37,894 nucleotides of DNA from NCBI GenBank assembly GCA_027310735.1, contig DAIDAH010000001.1, positions 1 through 37,894 on the forward strand, in the 5' to 3' direction. How positions within the stretch are numbered: position 1 is the stretch's first letter; each line of letters starts with the position of its first letter. Under the pieces are notes generated by a model. That model was not told the DNA's origin, did no database searches, and saw only the letters and a list, made by a program, of their open reading frames with translations. Made by a program: the position numbers and the translations under genes. The DNA is from Methylotenera sp. Its GTDB lineage: Bacteria > Pseudomonadota > Gammaproteobacteria > Burkholderiales > Methylophilaceae. This document shows, piece after piece, positions 27,815 through 37,894 of this stretch.

Positions 27815-29233
27815 TCACCTAACGGCTGACTCACAAAGCCTACTTGCCATCCACCTAAACACCATAAATCTGACTTGAAAATCTGGATCGTCTCGCAAAG
27901 ACCACTTATCCTTCCCTTTTAACCTAACGCTTCCTACTAGCATCAATCGATGTAAATAGTAGGGATCTTCCAGCAAAGGCAACAAGGTTTTACGCGTTGC
28001 ATATTTATTTAAAATCACACCCCTACGTATATCTAGCTCTGGTGATGCAGCCAAATCTTGCAGAATCATTTGCGGAGTGTGCGGGTTATTGGCAACACCA
28101 CTCAGTACGTCAATATTGTTATCTGTAGCCAGCGCTTCCATCACCACCTTTGGTGACTTGTGTTGATAAGCTACTGCAGAGCGCACCCATGCGCTTTGGT
28201 CCTTAGCCAACGCTTTCAACAACCCAACCGGACAGCATGTATTTCTAGCTACAGCCCGCCTTACATCCACCTCAAAATCAACTGAAAGCCTCTCGAGCAC
28301 CTTACGTGGTATCCGTGGATTACGCGCAAGCCACTGGCGCACCCAAGAGTCTTTGTCGTTCGCTAAGGCATTAATACTTGCCGCTGTTAAATCTAACCTT
28401 GCTGCAATTGCACGCCTGACTAGACAACTATCATCAAGAAGCAATCTCATCACCAACACTTCTGGTGACGCTACATTTGAAGCTACACCACACCTAACAG
28501 CGACATCATGACTTGCTGCTAAATTGACCAATGTTTCGCTAGAGACTCTCGCGTTAACTGCCAACTTACGCATGATCTTTACATCTTTGTCGCTTACAGA
28601 TTCATCAATAACCGCCTGCGAGCATCTAGCGTGACCGATTACTGCAGCTCGCACATACTCATCACCTTTGGCATAAATAAAATCAAGTAACTCTGTCGAT
28701 GTGGATGGGTTCTCAGCCAAATTTTTGTACAAAACTCCAATTATTTTGCTGTTTGCCATTCGCTCCAGCATCACACTTAACACCTCTGCACTTGCCGCAG
28801 GATTTCTACTTACCGCTTTTAAGCTTTGCTCATCCTCACTCAACTGCACGATGCTGGCCAAGACACTTACCGGGCTATGCAGGTGTTGCGCAATCAACAC
28901 AGTAAAATCTGAATTTAGTTGCCTGACATCAGCTTGACCAACATAAAGCTGAGACAATGCCTTAGCAGTTGCATTTGGATTCTTATCTAACCGTATGACT
29001 ACGCCACTATCGCCATTACCAGCACTACTATTTGCAATTGCCTCCAGTACAGATGCTGGGGTATGTTCCCATCTGGCCAGCAATAATGTATTACGCCTTT
29101 TATCAAACATAAGCGCTTCCAAACGTCTCTTATCGCGCCCTGTTGCAATGTTATGAACCGCTGCCGCACAGTATGGATCACCAGCTTTGATCGCTAACCT
29201 AACCAAATCAGTGGCTTTAGCTGGCATCCCCAT
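27815..29233 (-). CDS. Helical repeat protein with 26-aa LRV/HEAT-like repeats, function unknown
   Basis: About nine or more tandem xxVRxxVAxNxxxPxxxLxxLAxDxx units. Start placed at ATG 29233, 1 nt after the upstream TGA, rather than at 29296. Confidence 0.78.
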   Translation of the reverse strand: MGMPAKATDLVRLAIKAGDPYCAAAVHNIATGRDKRRLEALMFDKRRNTLLLARWEHTPASVLEAIANSSAGNGDSGVVIRLDKNPNATAKALSQLYVGQADVRQLNSDFTVLIAQHLHSPVSVLASIVQLSEDEQSLKAVSRNPAASAEVLSVMLERMANSKIIGVLYKNLAENPSTSTELLDFIYAKGDEYVRAAVIGHARCSQAVIDESVSDKDVKIMRKLAVNARVSSETLVNLAASHDVAVRCGVASNVASPEVLVMRLLLDDSCLVRRAIAARLDLTAASINALANDKDSWVRQWLARNPRIPRKVLERLSVDFEVDVRRAVARNTCCPVGLLKALAKDQSAWVRSAVAYQHKSPKVVMEALATDNNIDVLSGVANNPHTPQMILQDLAASPELDIRRGVILNKYATRKTLLPLLEDPYYLHRLMLVGSVRLKGKDKWSLRDDPDFQVRFMVFRWMASRLCESAVR

Positions 29234-29234
29234 A

Positions 29235-31361
29235 TCAAACGGCTTGCGGCAAGCCTTCCCACGCTTCATATTCAATACATTCATCAATAAGTTCAATTAG
29301 CTCGCGTACGATGAACTTACCTTCAAATCCAGAGGTTTTTAGTGCATCCTCAAACATCGTTAGATCTTTAGGGCATGAAACTACAAACACCTGTAAACCC
29401 TCAATTTGCCCAGCTTCTTTCATTCTATTGGCTGAAGGTTTTTCGATGCCGACTGGATCCGGTATCCAGATGCGACCACCACCAGCACCGCAACAAAAAG
29501 AGTTGTCACGATTACGTGCCATTTCCACCAGTTCGCAGCCAAGCAGTTTCAGTACATCACGCGGTGCGTCATAACCTTTGTTATAGCGGCCAAGATGGCA
29601 TGGGTCATGGAAAGTCACACGGTAATCGAGCTTCTTTTTCAGTTTGATCTGACCGCTCTCTATAAGCTGCTTCACTTTTGTCGTGTAATGCTCAATCTCA
29701 AACTTACCGCCGAAATCAGGATATTCATTACGGATAGTATTGAATGAGTGAGGGTCTGTTGTGACAATTGACTTAAAGTCACAAGATTGAATAGTCCCAA
29801 TATTAGACGAAGCTAATAACTCATATAGCCCCTCCTCTCCCACTCGGCGCACATCATTACCAGCATTGAGTTCAGCCTCAAAAAGCAAGCCAAAATTCAC
29901 ACCCGCGTGATGCATCAATCGAGCAAAAGACTGTGTTACCTTTTGGTTACGCGGATCAAACGAAGCGTAGTCACCAACAAACCAAAGTACATCCACTGGT
30001 TCTTTACGTGCATCTTTAATTTCAAATGGCAACTCTTTAGCCCAGGCAGCCCTCTTGCGTTTTGATTCGCCAAATGAGTTACCTGTTTTATGGATAGTTT
30101 GCAGCGTTTTTTCCAGCAAAGGCTCCATTTCCCCAGCCTCAACCAGATTACGTCGCATTTGTACAATAATAGGCACATGCTCAACGGCTACAGGACATAT
30201 CTCGACGCAGGCCAGACAAGTACGGCATGACCATAATGTCTCCATAAATACCTGTCCAATATCTTTACCATGAATATCTAACTCAGCTTCTTTCGGGATT
30301 TCTTTTGCGCTCAGCGCATGGTTAGCAAACTCACGCAATGAAAGAATCACATCTCTAGGTGACAATGGTGCACCTACGGCATTGGCAGGGCATGCTTCCT
30401 GGCAACGGCCACACTTGGTACAAGCATCAAGATGCAATAGGTTTTTCCAAGTTAAATCGGTAATTGTCTTGTAGCCCGCGGTTTTTTGCTCATCCGGTAC
30501 TCGAGGCAACCTTTTACCGGCAAGAGGATCCTTGAACATCAAGGATGTTGCAGCAGTGAAAATATGCTTGATTTTAGTATAGGGAATACAAGCTATAAAA
30601 GTCAGCGACAATAAGCCATGAAACCACCACAGGCCTACGCGTAAGTTACTGGCACCTTCAGCAGTTAATCCTATCAACTGCATAAGTTGTGCAAGTAAAG
30701 CGCCAACTGGCGACCATATACGATAATCCCAGACTTCTGGCCGACCACTTAACCAAACTAGACGCGTTGCTTCAAGGACGAAACCTGTAACACCAATCAG
30801 AATGAATGACCATAGAAAAGCCCAGTCTTCTCGCCGATATTGGTTGCGATCAAAATCAGGATCACCAACCTGCCTATCCACCCTTTTATAATCTAACTTA
30901 GGAAGGTTAAGCCATTTACGGCGATACATCATGTAAATCAAACCTACAATTAACCCGATACCAGCCAAATCCAACACAAGGGAAAATAATAGATAAAAGT
31001 TACCGTACCAAAACTGCACGCCAAATAACGGACGCAGTATGTCGTACTCTAGCGTAATGGTAGACGTACCTATAAACAGCAGTACGAAGCCAAAGAAAAT
31101 TAGGCCATGTGCACGACCAGCACTTTTATCACGTCGCACTAATGTGCGATGCGATACCATCGTTTTAGCCATATCAATAAAGCGGTGTAGCAAATCGTTC
31201 CATGAGCCATCAGACTTACCGCGACGGTATTTTCGCAACTGGACATAGACGCCATAAATAAAAACCGCAATGGCTACATAACCAATTGCATAAAATAAAT
31301 ATATCGCCTGTGGCTGAAAGTTTTCAAACAACACTCTGGTGATTTCTTTAGGATTATTCAT
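29235..31361 (-). CDS. Membrane Fe-S oxidoreductase (cytochrome b-like TM domain, two 4Fe-4S motifs, CCG domains); EMO/EtfD/FadF-like
   Basis: About 5 TMs with His residues (RAHGL, WFHGL, IKHIF); CTKCGRCQEACP and CRTCLACVEICP; HDPCHLGR, SFCCGAGGG and VSCPKD. Confidence 0.88.
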   Translation of the reverse strand: MNNPKEITRVLFENFQPQAIYLFYAIGYVAIAVFIYGVYVQLRKYRRGKSDGSWNDLLHRFIDMAKTMVSHRTLVRRDKSAGRAHGLIFFGFVLLFIGTSTITLEYDILRPLFGVQFWYGNFYLLFSLVLDLAGIGLIVGLIYMMYRRKWLNLPKLDYKRVDRQVGDPDFDRNQYRREDWAFLWSFILIGVTGFVLEATRLVWLSGRPEVWDYRIWSPVGALLAQLMQLIGLTAEGASNLRVGLWWFHGLLSLTFIACIPYTKIKHIFTAATSLMFKDPLAGKRLPRVPDEQKTAGYKTITDLTWKNLLHLDACTKCGRCQEACPANAVGAPLSPRDVILSLREFANHALSAKEIPKEAELDIHGKDIGQVFMETLWSCRTCLACVEICPVAVEHVPIIVQMRRNLVEAGEMEPLLEKTLQTIHKTGNSFGESKRKRAAWAKELPFEIKDARKEPVDVLWFVGDYASFDPRNQKVTQSFARLMHHAGVNFGLLFEAELNAGNDVRRVGEEGLYELLASSNIGTIQSCDFKSIVTTDPHSFNTIRNEYPDFGGKFEIEHYTTKVKQLIESGQIKLKKKLDYRVTFHDPCHLGRYNKGYDAPRDVLKLLGCELVEMARNRDNSFCCGAGGGRIWIPDPVGIEKPSANRMKEAGQIEGLQVFVVSCPKDLTMFEDALKTSGFEGKFIVRELIELIDECIEYEAWEGLPQAV

Positions 31362-31451
31362 TTAGCATCGCCTATTGAAAGGAGTTTATTAAGTTTTTAA
31401 TCGATAACCTTGTAAGGTCTGATTACGTAGAGATTCTTGACTAGCATTTAA

Positions 31452-31487
31452 AGCATGGCTACCGAATCATTATTCAGTAGCCATGCT
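31452..31487. terminator. Stem-loop directly after tmd (weak terminator or mRNA-stabilising hairpin)
   Basis: Perfect 11-bp arms AGCATGGCTAC / GTAGCCATGCT; only a short U-run follows on the minus strand. Confidence 0.65.
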
Positions 31488-31495
31488 GGCAACAT

Positions 31496-33727
<2,232 letters not shown>

Positions 33728-33729
33728 CT

Positions 33730-33788
33730 ATTCTCATTGCGATGCCATATTCAAACAATTACCATCATGGCTTACTACTAAGGTGTTA
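33730..33788 (-). promoter_or_regulatory. tmd promoter with NarL-type 7-2-7 box
   Basis: Minus strand: TAACACC-TT-AGTAGTA (33788-33773), 14 nt, TTGTTT, 17 nt, GAGAAT (33735-33730). Confidence 0.65.
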
Positions 33789-33806
33789 CTTGAGTGTGTT
33801 GCAGAA

Positions 33807-33863
33807 AAGCAATAAAAAAGCGGGCGAGGTATAAACGTCCCCTCACCCGCTTTTTTATTGCTT
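33807..33863. terminator. Strong intrinsic terminator after the APC permease
   Basis: AAGCAATAAAAAAGCGGGCGAGG...CCTCACCCGCTTTTTTATTGCTT inverted repeat with A/T tracts on both sides. Confidence 0.88.
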
Positions 33864-33866
33864 ACG

Positions 33867-33895
33867 GCAGGCCTATAGACATGCAATAGGCCTGC
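33867..33895. repeat. Second hairpin immediately after the permease stop codon
   Basis: Perfect 10-bp arms GCAGGCCTAT / ATAGGCCTGC around a 9-nt loop. Confidence 0.7.
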
Positions 33896-33904
33896 GAAAG
33901 ACAC

Positions 33905-35605
33905 TTACAAGCTATGCATATACCAAACTAAAGCAACTCCAGTCATTAGCGCAACATATGGCAATACACCAGCCTTGTTACTAGAGCCGCCCTCTTCATG
34001 CCCATCAATATACATATCTTCCAGCATTTGTTTAGGAAATTTACCCTTATCCTGAACGTAGTGACGGTACATAAATACTGGAATAATCAATGCAGCAAAG
34101 ATTAAGCCTGTTTTCAGTGTTCCTTCTCCCCAAATATCTGCACCAAGACCCATGATACCCAAGTTAACGAAACCCAGAACACCACCTAAAGCCAGAATTA
34201 AAGTGGGCGCTTTGTAAGGACGCTCCCAATTTGCACGATCAATTCTATGAATCCAACCAGAGTTAAGATTTAGGAAGTTGAAAATGATATAACCAATATT
34301 TGAAGCTGCAAGAATAAACACATAGTCAGACATCATAAGCAGAATCAAGTTGAAACACAGGTCTGTCCACATAGCGCTGGTCGGGGCACCATGATCATTT
34401 ACTTTAGACAGGTACTTTGGTAACCAACCATCAACCGATGCTTGATACAGAGTGCGTGAAGAGCCCGCCATTGATGTCATGATAGCGAGTAGTAAAGCCA
34501 GCACCATCATGATTACCATCACGTTTGCCACAAAAGCACCGCCGCCAACCATATCTGATAGCGCTTTTGCTACCCCCATACCACTATAAATTGAAGACTC
34601 CAGCATACCGTCATACACTGCTGGCGTAGTCACGACACCAGCAGCATCTACAACCGCCGGAGATACCATGTGGCCTAAACCTAAATGACTTTGAAAAGCA
34701 ATAGGTACTAAGGTAAATACCGCAATGCAGAGTAAGCCTGAATAAAAAATAGCTTTAAATGTATCTGTTTTCGGATTTTTAAATTCACGCGTATAACACA
34801 CTGCAGTTTCAAAACCATAAGTAGACCAAGCGGCAATAAAGAGGCCACCTGCCATAAGCTTCCAGCCTTCTATTCCCCATATCCCATCAATCACATTGCC
34901 TGCAGCATCGTGGGCGAGTGGTGCCAGTGGAAGGAAATTTGCCTGCGCAATATCACCTGTTAATAGCGGCACTAGGCCAATCAACATTAGTGGGATAAGC
35001 GCGATTACGCCTAGAATCATCGTGGTTTTAGCTGAACGTAAAATACCTCCATGCTGAACGGTAAACACCGTAAGCAAAACAGCCGCGCCCAGAATAAATG
35101 TTGCGTTAATCCTAAGTGCCAGGCCATCTTTTATCATGCCTAAATCAAGCAGTGTTATCTGCCAAGTGTTAATCACAGCATCTGGTGCAAACAAAGCATT
35201 TAACATGTACCCTGCCGCCAAACCAGAACCAATAGCGAGAACCGGCGACCAAGCAAACCAATTACACCATACCGATACAGGCGCAATAAACTTACTATAC
35301 TTAACCCAAGCCACAGCACCGTAAATAGATGCACCGCCAGACTTGTGCGGGAACAAACCTGCAATTTCCGCGTAAGTAAATGCCTGAATGAAACCAAAAG
35401 CAATCGAAATTGCCCAGATCATCCACGCAGGCTTACCCACTGTAGCTGCAATAGCACCTATTGAAAAAAGAACAAGCGCAGGAACGCCGCTTGCCACCCA
35501 GAACGCACCTTGCCAGCCAATCTTTCTATGTAGCGTTGCATTTTGCGCGGCTATGTTTTCAGAAAGATCAGCTGAAATTGCATCAACTGAAGAATTTACG
35601 CTCAA
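33905..35605 (-). CDS. APC-superfamily permease, probable methylated-amine transporter
   Basis: About 12 TMs; LHRKIGWQGAFWVASGVP, YAEIAGLFPHKSGG, YGFETA and SSRTLYQ...DGWLP; TTG start after AAGGGG. Substrate is inferred from context. Confidence 0.85.
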   Translation of the reverse strand: MSVNSSVDAISADLSENIAAQNATLHRKIGWQGAFWVASGVPALVLFSIGAIAATVGKPAWMIWAISIAFGFIQAFTYAEIAGLFPHKSGGASIYGAVAWVKYSKFIAPVSVWCNWFAWSPVLAIGSGLAAGYMLNALFAPDAVINTWQITLLDLGMIKDGLALRINATFILGAAVLLTVFTVQHGGILRSAKTTMILGVIALIPLMLIGLVPLLTGDIAQANFLPLAPLAHDAAGNVIDGIWGIEGWKLMAGGLFIAAWSTYGFETAVCYTREFKNPKTDTFKAIFYSGLLCIAVFTLVPIAFQSHLGLGHMVSPAVVDAAGVVTTPAVYDGMLESSIYSGMGVAKALSDMVGGGAFVANVMVIMMVLALLLAIMTSMAGSSRTLYQASVDGWLPKYLSKVNDHGAPTSAMWTDLCFNLILLMMSDYVFILAASNIGYIIFNFLNLNSGWIHRIDRANWERPYKAPTLILALGGVLGFVNLGIMGLGADIWGEGTLKTGLIFAALIIPVFMYRHYVQDKGKFPKQMLEDMYIDGHEEGGSSNKAGVLPYVALMTGVALVWYMHSL

Positions 35606-35765
35606 TTTAAGTCCCCTTTTTTAAATGTCCCAACACAACCCTAAAAGTACTATTCGAACTTACTTTATAGGACTGCTGAATTGGGTGATACAAAAGAATT
35701 AGATCTTGTCGCCTAGTTAAAAAACTTACATGCGAACCAGCGATAAGGCTTTCACATTGGCTTCT

Positions 35766-35825
35766 ATTTTGCTGATAAACCTTACTTGATTACAATTCTC
35801 ATTACGGATTACTCTATAAGTGGTA
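35766..35825 (-). promoter_or_regulatory. Permease promoter with NarL-type 7-2-7 box
   Basis: Minus strand: TACCACT-TA-TAGAGTA (35825-35810), 14 nt, TTGTAA, 18 nt, CAAAAT. Confidence 0.6.
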
Positions 35826-35853
35826 GTTGGCCATATTTTTATATGTATTATTC

Positions 35854-35936
35854 TGTGCCACTAATAAAAAATATAAATACTTCTTTGGTATTACACCTTC
35901 AAGATAGTTTTCTATGATTGCTGCCAGCACTAATAT
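35854..35936 (+). promoter_or_regulatory. Globin/transporter operon promoter; near-copy of the dmm promoter
   Basis: TACTTCT-TT-GGTATTA (35878-35893), 14 nt, TTTTCT, 17 nt, TAATAT (35931-35936). Confidence 0.7.
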
Positions 35937-35969
35937 ACAGGCATCCTCAAGGCATCATGAAAGCTATTA

Positions 35970-36392
35970 ATGACACATCATCAGCCCGCAACGCCTACCC
36001 TTACACGACAAACTTTATATGACTTAGCCGGTGGGGAGGCTGGTGTTAAAAATTTAGTTCAAGTGTTTTATGACATTGTTGAAACCAATCCTGATGGCCA
36101 CAAGCTGCACTTGCTACATCTACGTGGAAATGGAGTAGCGCATTCACGCGTAGAGCAGTTCAACTTTCTTTCAGGTTTTTTGGGCGGACCTAAGCTATAT
36201 GTTGAAAAACATGGCCACTCTAACGTTAGAACCATGCATGAACATGTCGAAATCACAAATGAATCAAAAGATATCTGGCTTCAATGTATGTCCATGGCAA
36301 TTGACGCTGTTGGTATAGAAGTCACCATAAAAGAGATGCTCATGAACAACTTCACAGCAATTGCTGAGCGACTTATCAATCAAACCGAGTAA
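35970..36392 (+). CDS. Group II truncated haemoglobin (GlbO-like)
   Basis: TLYDLAGG, VFY (TyrB10), FLGGP.LY...HGH, RTMH (proximal His) and DIWLQCM (TrpG8). Confidence 0.9.
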   Translation: MTHHQPATPTLTRQTLYDLAGGEAGVKNLVQVFYDIVETNPDGHKLHLLHLRGNGVAHSRVEQFNFLSGFLGGPKLYVEKHGHSNVRTMHEHVEITNESKDIWLQCMSMAIDAVGIEVTIKEMLMNNFTAIAERLINQTE

Positions 36393-36428
36393 AAAAATTC
36401 AAACTTATAATAAGCGGAATGCGAACTA

Positions 36429-37526
36429 ATGGCTGGTTATACAACCTCTAGGATAACTCTAGCGCAAGCTTTACAAAACCATTATGCACGCAACCAAAGA
36501 TGGGGGTTTATGTGGGCCTTATGGACCGCTATTCTATGGGGGGCTTGGTATGTGCCAGGCACTGCACTATGGTTTGAGCATCCTTATGTAGATATTCCTG
36601 TAGATCAACAATCTACAAGACTTGCAGCAACGGCGGTGATGACGTGGATACATGCAATTACAGTTTTCTTCTTTTTACTATTATGGAATACAGTCTTAGG
36701 TAAAGTTAAAGACTACGGTCGTACCATGGTACGCTTCCGAAAAATATCAAAATGGTATGCCCTCGCATCGCTGTGTGGTGGTCCAATGGCGATATTTGGT
36801 TCTTACATGGCAATGGGCTTTATCGGACCAGTATTTGCGGCCATCTCATCACTCTTTTATCCCGTCATCGGCGCTGTGATTGCACGGCTCTGGTATAAAG
36901 AGAAAATATCAAAACGTGCGGCTATTGGTATGTGCATCATTATATTCGGTGGCATGGTGATTTATGGCCCGAGCCTGTTCGGCGAGATGGATGCATCAAA
37001 TCCAAATGCATGGTTAGGTTATGTGGGCGGCATCATGTCCGCCATCGGCTGGGGTTCTGAAGGTGCTGTAGCTGGGCGAGCCATGGATGTCTCTGACCCA
37101 GATGTTGGCATACACTGTCGATTTAGTTTTGAAATACTATTTTGGGGGTTGTTAATATTGCCAGCACTCGCAATATTTTCCGACCTACCAATTAAAAACC
37201 TGATTATGGACACAGTAACGCATGGCAAAGCAATGTTATGGATAGTCTTAGCTGCCGCCTGTCACGCCTATTGCTATACCGCTTTTTACAAAAGCTTTAG
37301 CTTGATCGGCGTTGGTCGAGGCGAAGCGATTGGCAACTTATACGCCGTGTTCGCGCTCATCTTTATTGCAGCCTTCACTTTACAGTTGCCGCAGTGGTAC
37401 TTCATCGTTGGCCTTGTATTAACGGTGTTTGGTAGTTTTGTAATGTTTAGCGAGACTGCAGAATCTGTCGCTCAACTTCGAGACAATGCTGATACCAATA
37501 ACAACCCTGCAAAAAAATTACTATGA
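36429..37526 (+). CDS. DMT/EamA-superfamily transporter, MttP-like putative trimethylamine permease
   Basis: About 10 TMs in two repeats. Motifs LWGAWYVPGT, GGPMAI.GS..AMGF, LWYKEKIS, GWG.EGA and YKSF.LIGVGRG..IGNLY resemble recalled Methanosarcina MttP. Confidence 0.8.
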   Translation: MAGYTTSRITLAQALQNHYARNQRWGFMWALWTAILWGAWYVPGTALWFEHPYVDIPVDQQSTRLAATAVMTWIHAITVFFFLLLWNTVLGKVKDYGRTMVRFRKISKWYALASLCGGPMAIFGSYMAMGFIGPVFAAISSLFYPVIGAVIARLWYKEKISKRAAIGMCIIIFGGMVIYGPSLFGEMDASNPNAWLGYVGGIMSAIGWGSEGAVAGRAMDVSDPDVGIHCRFSFEILFWGLLILPALAIFSDLPIKNLIMDTVTHGKAMLWIVLAAACHAYCYTAFYKSFSLIGVGRGEAIGNLYAVFALIFIAAFTLQLPQWYFIVGLVLTVFGSFVMFSETAESVAQLRDNADTNNNPAKKLL

Positions 37527-37801
37527 AATTACATCAAAAAGGATTCTTGTTGGTAGCACTCAGCAAAAACAACAAGCTGTGGGATGACGAGCTTATTGTA
37601 CAAGCCTTTATTGAATACAATATATCTGGGGATTACAGCGAAAAAACATTACGTATCGCTCTAGATGAATTGTCAGCAGCGGGGCTAATCACTCGTGTTG
37701 AAAAAAGGCTTGAATCTAACATTAGGCATGCAAAACTACTGTTTCGCTATCAATTATCAGACTTTGGTAGGATGAGAATGGTCGATACAGGTCTATTATA
37801 A
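37523..37801 (+). CDS. Small winged-helix-like protein coupled to the DMT transporter
   Basis: ATGA overlap with the upstream gene; L.EL.AAGLI...YQLSDFGR pattern typical of PadR/MarR-like wHTH. Confidence 0.7.
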   Translation: MKLHQKGFLLVALSKNNKLWDDELIVQAFIEYNISGDYSEKTLRIALDELSAAGLITRVEKRLESNIRHAKLLFRYQLSDFGRMRMVDTGLL

Positions 37802-37845
37802 AGACAATACTTCAACTGATTACCACCAACAAAAGGACATAAATA

Positions 37846-37894
37846 ATGAACGGATTCTGGGGTTATGCTAGCGCAGATACACTCGCCTTACTTG
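37846..37894 (+). CDS. Start of the next gene (MNGFWGYASADTLALL...), truncated by the window edge
   Basis: ATG preceded by AAAGGA; open to the window end; too short to classify. Confidence 0.5.
   Translation, partial: MNGFWGYASADTLALL

Noticed and set aside
29234-29296. ORF-track start of the repeat protein at 29296
   Set aside because: It would overlap the upstream gene by 62 nt; an ATG 1 nt after the upstream stop (29233) is more plausible.
29235-31361. True heterodisulfide reductase
   Set aside because: The first CCG domain has lost its cysteines and there is no CoM/CoB or hdrA context; ETF linkage fits better.
35637-35652. Additional 7-2-7 box (AACCCTA-AA-AGTACTA) near the permease start
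   Set aside because: Too degenerate and lacks the fixed promoter spacing seen at the other sites.

Overview
A roughly 42-45% GC (estimated by eye) chromosomal window from a Methylophilaceae-like methylotroph; TMADH and ETF closely match my recollection of the Methylophilus methylotrophus proteins. The left part (1-15.5 kb) holds a truncated poly-HAMP chemoreceptor, a TPR-PAS-GGDEF-EAL protein with a GC-rich mosaic 3' end, and a probable osmoadaptation block (K+ channel, Na+/H+ antiporter, amylosucrase, sucrose-phosphate synthase, fructokinase), followed by pbpG and a DUF347 protein. The right part (15.7-37.9 kb) is a trimethylamine/dimethylamine utilisation island: APC permease, tmd, a membrane cytochrome b/Fe-S/CCG oxidoreductase, a 26-aa-repeat (LRV-like) protein, etfBA, dmmDABC, a TorF-like porin, a group II truncated haemoglobin, an MttP-like transporter with a small winged-helix partner, a minimal PAS chemoreceptor, and a NarX/NarL-like pair next to an output-less membrane PAS protein. 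The strongest new signal is non-coding. A NarL-type 7-2-7 box sits at essentially the same distance from predicted -35/-10 hexamers in five promoters, two of which are near-duplicates. This suggests a methylated-amine regulon run by a repurposed NarXL-like system whose kinase lacks the nitrate P-box. All family assignments come from motif recognition; no searches were run.
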